DNA of 28,007 bases from a virus (taxonomy: Duplodnaviria > Caudoviricetes): positions 1 through 28,007 of IMG/VR virus record IMGVR_UViG_3300017912_000615. The stretch is one strand, 5' to 3'. Shown one piece after another: positions 24,761-28,007 of the stretch (positions within the stretch are counted from its first letter, which is position 1; every line of letters begins with the position of its first letter). The notes beneath the pieces were generated by a model. That model was not told the DNA's origin, ran no database searches, and saw nothing but the letters and a program-made list of their open reading frames with translations. The translations under genes were made by a program, and so were the position numbers.

Positions 24761-25166
24761 TATCTAATTCCTTAAATGCTTGAATGATTTCTGCTGAGAA
24801 TAATTTCTGTAGACTAATTAAAATCATCTTACTAGCATTGTGGTCGCCACCACTAACACTCTTGAATTTATCTATCTTATCAACAATCTTTTTTAAAGTC
24901 TCAGTTTTAAAAACTAAAGTACAATATTCTTCATCATCAATACATAGATTGTGAAACCAATAGTCTGATTCGGTTGCTTTGATACCAGAGGGTTTACCAT
25001 AGCTTTCGTATTCAATAGCTATGTTCCCGGTCTGCATCCACATACCTCGTTCTGACTTAACTTCTATCTTAGCTTTGGTAAAGATATCAGCTACTCTGTC
25101 TTCTCTTATCTGACCATATTCTAAGTCGATATCAAACTTCTTACGGTCTGCTTTAGTGGGTTTCAC
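24744..25166 (-). CDS. Conserved phage protein, probable PD-(D/E)XK-fold nuclease (140 aa)
   Basis: Start moved to GTG 25166, preceded by RBS GGAGG. KFDIDL.YG..RE, IEVKSER, TGNIAIEYE and GKPSGI.AT..DYW motifs. Confidence 0.65.
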   Translation of the reverse strand: MKPTKADRKKFDIDLEYGQIREDRVADIFTKAKIEVKSERGMWMQTGNIAIEYESYGKPSGIKATESDYWFHNLCIDDEEYCTLVFKTETLKKIVDKIDKFKSVSGGDHNASKMILISLQKLFSAEIIQAFKELDNEEET

Positions 25167-26886
25167 TCCAGTTTCCTCCGACCTTGTATTCACCATCAAG
25201 AGGGCAGAACATATTGAAATGTTCACCGGCTTCTCGGATAGCGGAGACAGCGAGATGTCCGGCCTTCATAGCCTGACAATGTTTAACTTCTATTTGCCAT
25301 TCATCGTGAATATTCCCGACAAACTTAGCATCAATATTTAATAATTTAAATTTTTCATTTAATAGAACTAATGCTTTTTTCATAACAATAGCTCCGCCAC
25401 CTTGCAATAAAGTATTCAAAGCAGCATGTTCACTTCTAACATAGATTTTCCTACCATCAATCCCCTTCAAGAATCCCCTTGAGGCCGCCTTATTCACTCT
25501 CTCCCTTAAGCTTTTAAGTGCCGGGAGGTTTGATAAGAATCTATCTTTTAATTGCTTTCCAGAGGCTTTATTGCCTCCGACTATTTGACCTATCTTGGCA
25601 TCACCTGCTCCATAAACGAAAGCATAGATGAAAGTTTTGGCTTGGTCTCGGGTGTCAAGACCCGCCATATTCTGATTAGCAGTGTGAATATCACCATGTA
25701 AGATTTCATTTTTGTAGTCTTCATCCTTCATGTAGTGAGCCAACATTCTTAGTTCAAGACCACTAGCATCAACACCAAGGAGTTTGTAGTCTTCAGGGAC
25801 AATCCAACAGGCTCGACATTCCTTCCCATACAATGACCCCATGTTAGGAACTTGGGCCATGTTTGGACTACGGTGAGTCATGCGACCAGTAATCGTACCA
25901 TTGGGAATCACTCGGCCATGCACACGACCATCGAGCTGTAAAGCCTCGAGCCATGATTCAACTTGAGCTATTCTTTTTTGGTAGAGTAAGTAGTCGGCTA
26001 TGAGTTTAGCCTGAGGGATATCTGTGATTTGTGAGAGGATGTTCTCATCAACAATCGGTTGACCAGTAGGAGTAAACTTCTTAGGCTGCCAACCAAAGTC
26101 TATTAAGTATTCACCTATTTGTTTACGAGAACCTAAATTAAATTGTTGAAGTTTCTTTCGCCAGAAAGGACGAGACATACAATCATCGTATTCTTGGTCA
26201 GTCAAACCAACCTTGGAAAGACTACCATCTTTCTTGAGTTTAGGGACTACGAGTTTGTCCCTGATTAGCTTGGGCTTGAATACTTTGTGAACTTCTTGTT
26301 CGGCTTCAAACATCTTTTCTTTTAAAGTTGCTACTAACATACTAGCACTTTGTTCATCAAATAAAAACCCATGTTGTTCTTGAGCTTTGAGAATGTTAGC
26401 AACGGCATGTTCAAGCTCAATGCTCTCCATACTGAAGCCTCGACCAGATGCCACCAAAGCCTTATAAACAGCGGCATTCAGGCGAACATCCTGTGTGCAA
26501 TACTCCATCATTTCTAAAGAGTAAGTCTCAAAATCTGGTTGGTCTTGTTTAGGGATGCCCAGTTTTTGACCCCAAGTTTCTAAACTATGGCCGCCTTCTT
26601 GGACAGGATTGAACAAACGAGACAGCACCAAAGTGTCGACAATTTTGTTGGTGAATTTTACCTTGTAAAGTTTTTCTAAGACAGGTATGTCGTAGCCAAT
26701 TAGGTTATGTCCAATAAGAGTATCTGCTTGTTTTAGGAGGGCGATACCCTTGTCGATACAATCAGGTACAAATGTATAGACCCTATCATCGTCAAGACCC
26801 TTGGCTACGAGACACCAAACTGTGTCGGGATTAAATCCGTTGGCTTCAATATCAAAGACAACATTAGAGGGTAAGTTGTTGTTCAT
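25153..26886 (-). CDS. polA: Family A DNA polymerase with 3'-5' exonuclease (T7 gp5-like)
   Basis: ExoI DIE, ExoII HNLIGYD and ExoIII YCTQD. TITGRMTH, motif A DASGLELR, motif B RDQAKTFIYAFVYG and motif C HDEWQ. Confidence 0.95.
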   Translation of the reverse strand: MNNNLPSNVVFDIEANGFNPDTVWCLVAKGLDDDRVYTFVPDCIDKGIALLKQADTLIGHNLIGYDIPVLEKLYKVKFTNKIVDTLVLSRLFNPVQEGGHSLETWGQKLGIPKQDQPDFETYSLEMMEYCTQDVRLNAAVYKALVASGRGFSMESIELEHAVANILKAQEQHGFLFDEQSASMLVATLKEKMFEAEQEVHKVFKPKLIRDKLVVPKLKKDGSLSKVGLTDQEYDDCMSRPFWRKKLQQFNLGSRKQIGEYLIDFGWQPKKFTPTGQPIVDENILSQITDIPQAKLIADYLLYQKRIAQVESWLEALQLDGRVHGRVIPNGTITGRMTHRSPNMAQVPNMGSLYGKECRACWIVPEDYKLLGVDASGLELRMLAHYMKDEDYKNEILHGDIHTANQNMAGLDTRDQAKTFIYAFVYGAGDAKIGQIVGGNKASGKQLKDRFLSNLPALKSLRERVNKAASRGFLKGIDGRKIYVRSEHAALNTLLQGGGAIVMKKALVLLNEKFKLLNIDAKFVGNIHDEWQIEVKHCQAMKAGHLAVSAIREAGEHFNMFCPLDGEYKVGGNWSETH

Positions 26887-28006
26887 AGTCTTTTGTGTTC
26901 ATAACAAAGTCATCAAACTCTGGTTCATGTTCTTTCTCATGCAGTCGACCTGTTTCACTATCGTACAGTAACTGACATGCTAACCCAGTATCCCCTGTGT
27001 ACCTAGACTTCAGAACCCTTAGTCTAGTGGTGTTTGCTTCTTCAGGGTCTTCGGCTTGTTGATTCCTTTCTAATGCTATCACACAATCAGATAGTTGTGC
27101 AATACCTTGAGACCCTTTGAGATGGGAGAGGGACACCTCGACACCTTGCTCATGTCCTTTGTCGCCTGAAGCTCTTCTGAGATGGGAGACCAAGAGCATT
27201 CCTACTCCAGTCTCTTCTACTAGGCTTCGCAACCGATTCATCAGAGTATCAATACCTCTGCGTTCATCGCCTTCTGTCAGGACATTGACAAGCATGTGGA
27301 GGTGGTCAACGATAACCCATTGACATTCACAGCCGACAATAATATATCTCAGCTTGGCAAAGATATCTTCGATGTCAGTCGCACCTAAATGAGCATGAAT
27401 AAATACCCTTCCCTCCTCAATCACTTTGTCAAACAAAGCTTCGAGTTGGTCTGGCGAGTATTGATTCCTCTTCTCATTCAAGTAGATTCTATCGTTGGCC
27501 TCGATGGATACAATACCATCAGCTGTGCGTTGCCAATTCTCCTCTAGGGCAATAATCCCCACGTTGTCTTGAGTGTTTTTGATAATCCAATGTTCGAGTT
27601 CTCGAGTTACACTAGACTTACCAAGCCCTGTACCACCGGTGAAAGTAACTAGCTCCCCTTTCCTCAGCCCGTACAACTTACTGTTTAAGCCTTCCCAAGG
27701 ATAAGGGATACTAGGTTTAACTTCTCGGTGTAACCAATCTTTCTTCTTGGCCGATAGTTCAATGATACCAGAGGGAGTGTACTGTTTAGCTTCCCAAAAA
27801 CTTTTGGTAAACTCAGTAAACTTACCTTGCTTGAGCATATCGTTAGCATCTTTATAACCGTTAGGGAGGCTCATGATTCTAACCTTGCCGGGTTTAACAA
27901 CACGAGCTACCTTTTTGGCCGCCTCTTTGCCTTGCTTATCATTATCAAAGCAGAGGACAACCTGTTCAAAAGATTCCACAAACTCAAGGGATTCTCTGAT
28001 ATCTTT
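26864..28006 (-). CDS. T7 gp4-like DNA primase-helicase, 5'-partial
   Basis: Frame is open to the window edge. TOPRIM LCFDND..G and KDAND, Walker A GGTGLGKS, Walker B VIVDHL, SHLRR, LKGSQGIAQLSD and arginine finger KSRYTG. Confidence 0.93.
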   Translation of the reverse strand, partial: KDIRESLEFVESFEQVVLCFDNDKQGKEAAKKVARVVKPGKVRIMSLPNGYKDANDMLKQGKFTEFTKSFWEAKQYTPSGIIELSAKKKDWLHREVKPSIPYPWEGLNSKLYGLRKGELVTFTGGTGLGKSSVTRELEHWIIKNTQDNVGIIALEENWQRTADGIVSIEANDRIYLNEKRNQYSPDQLEALFDKVIEEGRVFIHAHLGATDIEDIFAKLRYIIVGCECQWVIVDHLHMLVNVLTEGDERRGIDTLMNRLRSLVEETGVGMLLVSHLRRASGDKGHEQGVEVSLSHLKGSQGIAQLSDCVIALERNQQAEDPEEANTTRLRVLKSRYTGDTGLACQLLYDSETGRLHEKEHEPEFDDFVMNTKDYEQQLTL

Positions 28007-28007
28007 G

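Noticed and set aside
25153-26886. HMO-2011-type polymerase, intein or intron in polA/nrdA
   Set aside because: No CxxCxGxG DnaJ insertion. The ORFs are continuous and of normal length, with no intein splice motifs seen.
15177-27323. Antisense ORFs at 15177, 18906, 21050, 21297, 23686, 25156 and 27117
   Set aside because: They lie opposite recognised genes and have no independent support.
1-28007. tRNA/ncRNA genes, T7-like phage promoters, intrinsic terminators
   Set aside because: There is almost no intergenic space (largest gap about 30 nt once the small ORFs are included), and I could not identify a convincing cloverleaf, repeated promoter or hairpin-U tract by eye.

Overview
Gene-dense fragment of an AT-rich dsDNA phage genome, most likely a lytic marine podovirus-type phage with a T7-like replisome. 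Two gene arms converge at about 20,040. The + arm (1-20055) encodes a modular repeat tail fibre (5'-truncated), a chaperone-like and a membrane ORF, five putative internal virion/ejection proteins (the last ending in a lysozyme/transglycosylase-like domain) and two holin-like membrane proteins. It ends in a tightly overlapped six-gene cassette: csgF, csgG, a curlin-like beta-repeat protein, a FecR-domain protein, a DUF5658-like membrane protein and a CHASE2/class III adenylate cyclase. The - arm (28007-20033) encodes a T7 gp4-like primase-helicase (truncated by the window), a family A DNA polymerase (Tyr762 type), two PD-(D/E)XK-type nucleases, a DUF3310 protein, class Ia nrdA and nrdB, and small ORFs. 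The best candidate for an undescribed system is the phage-borne curli-pore/FecR/CHASE2-cyclase cassette, which looks like a trans-envelope signalling device. All family calls come from motif recognition by eye; no searches were run.
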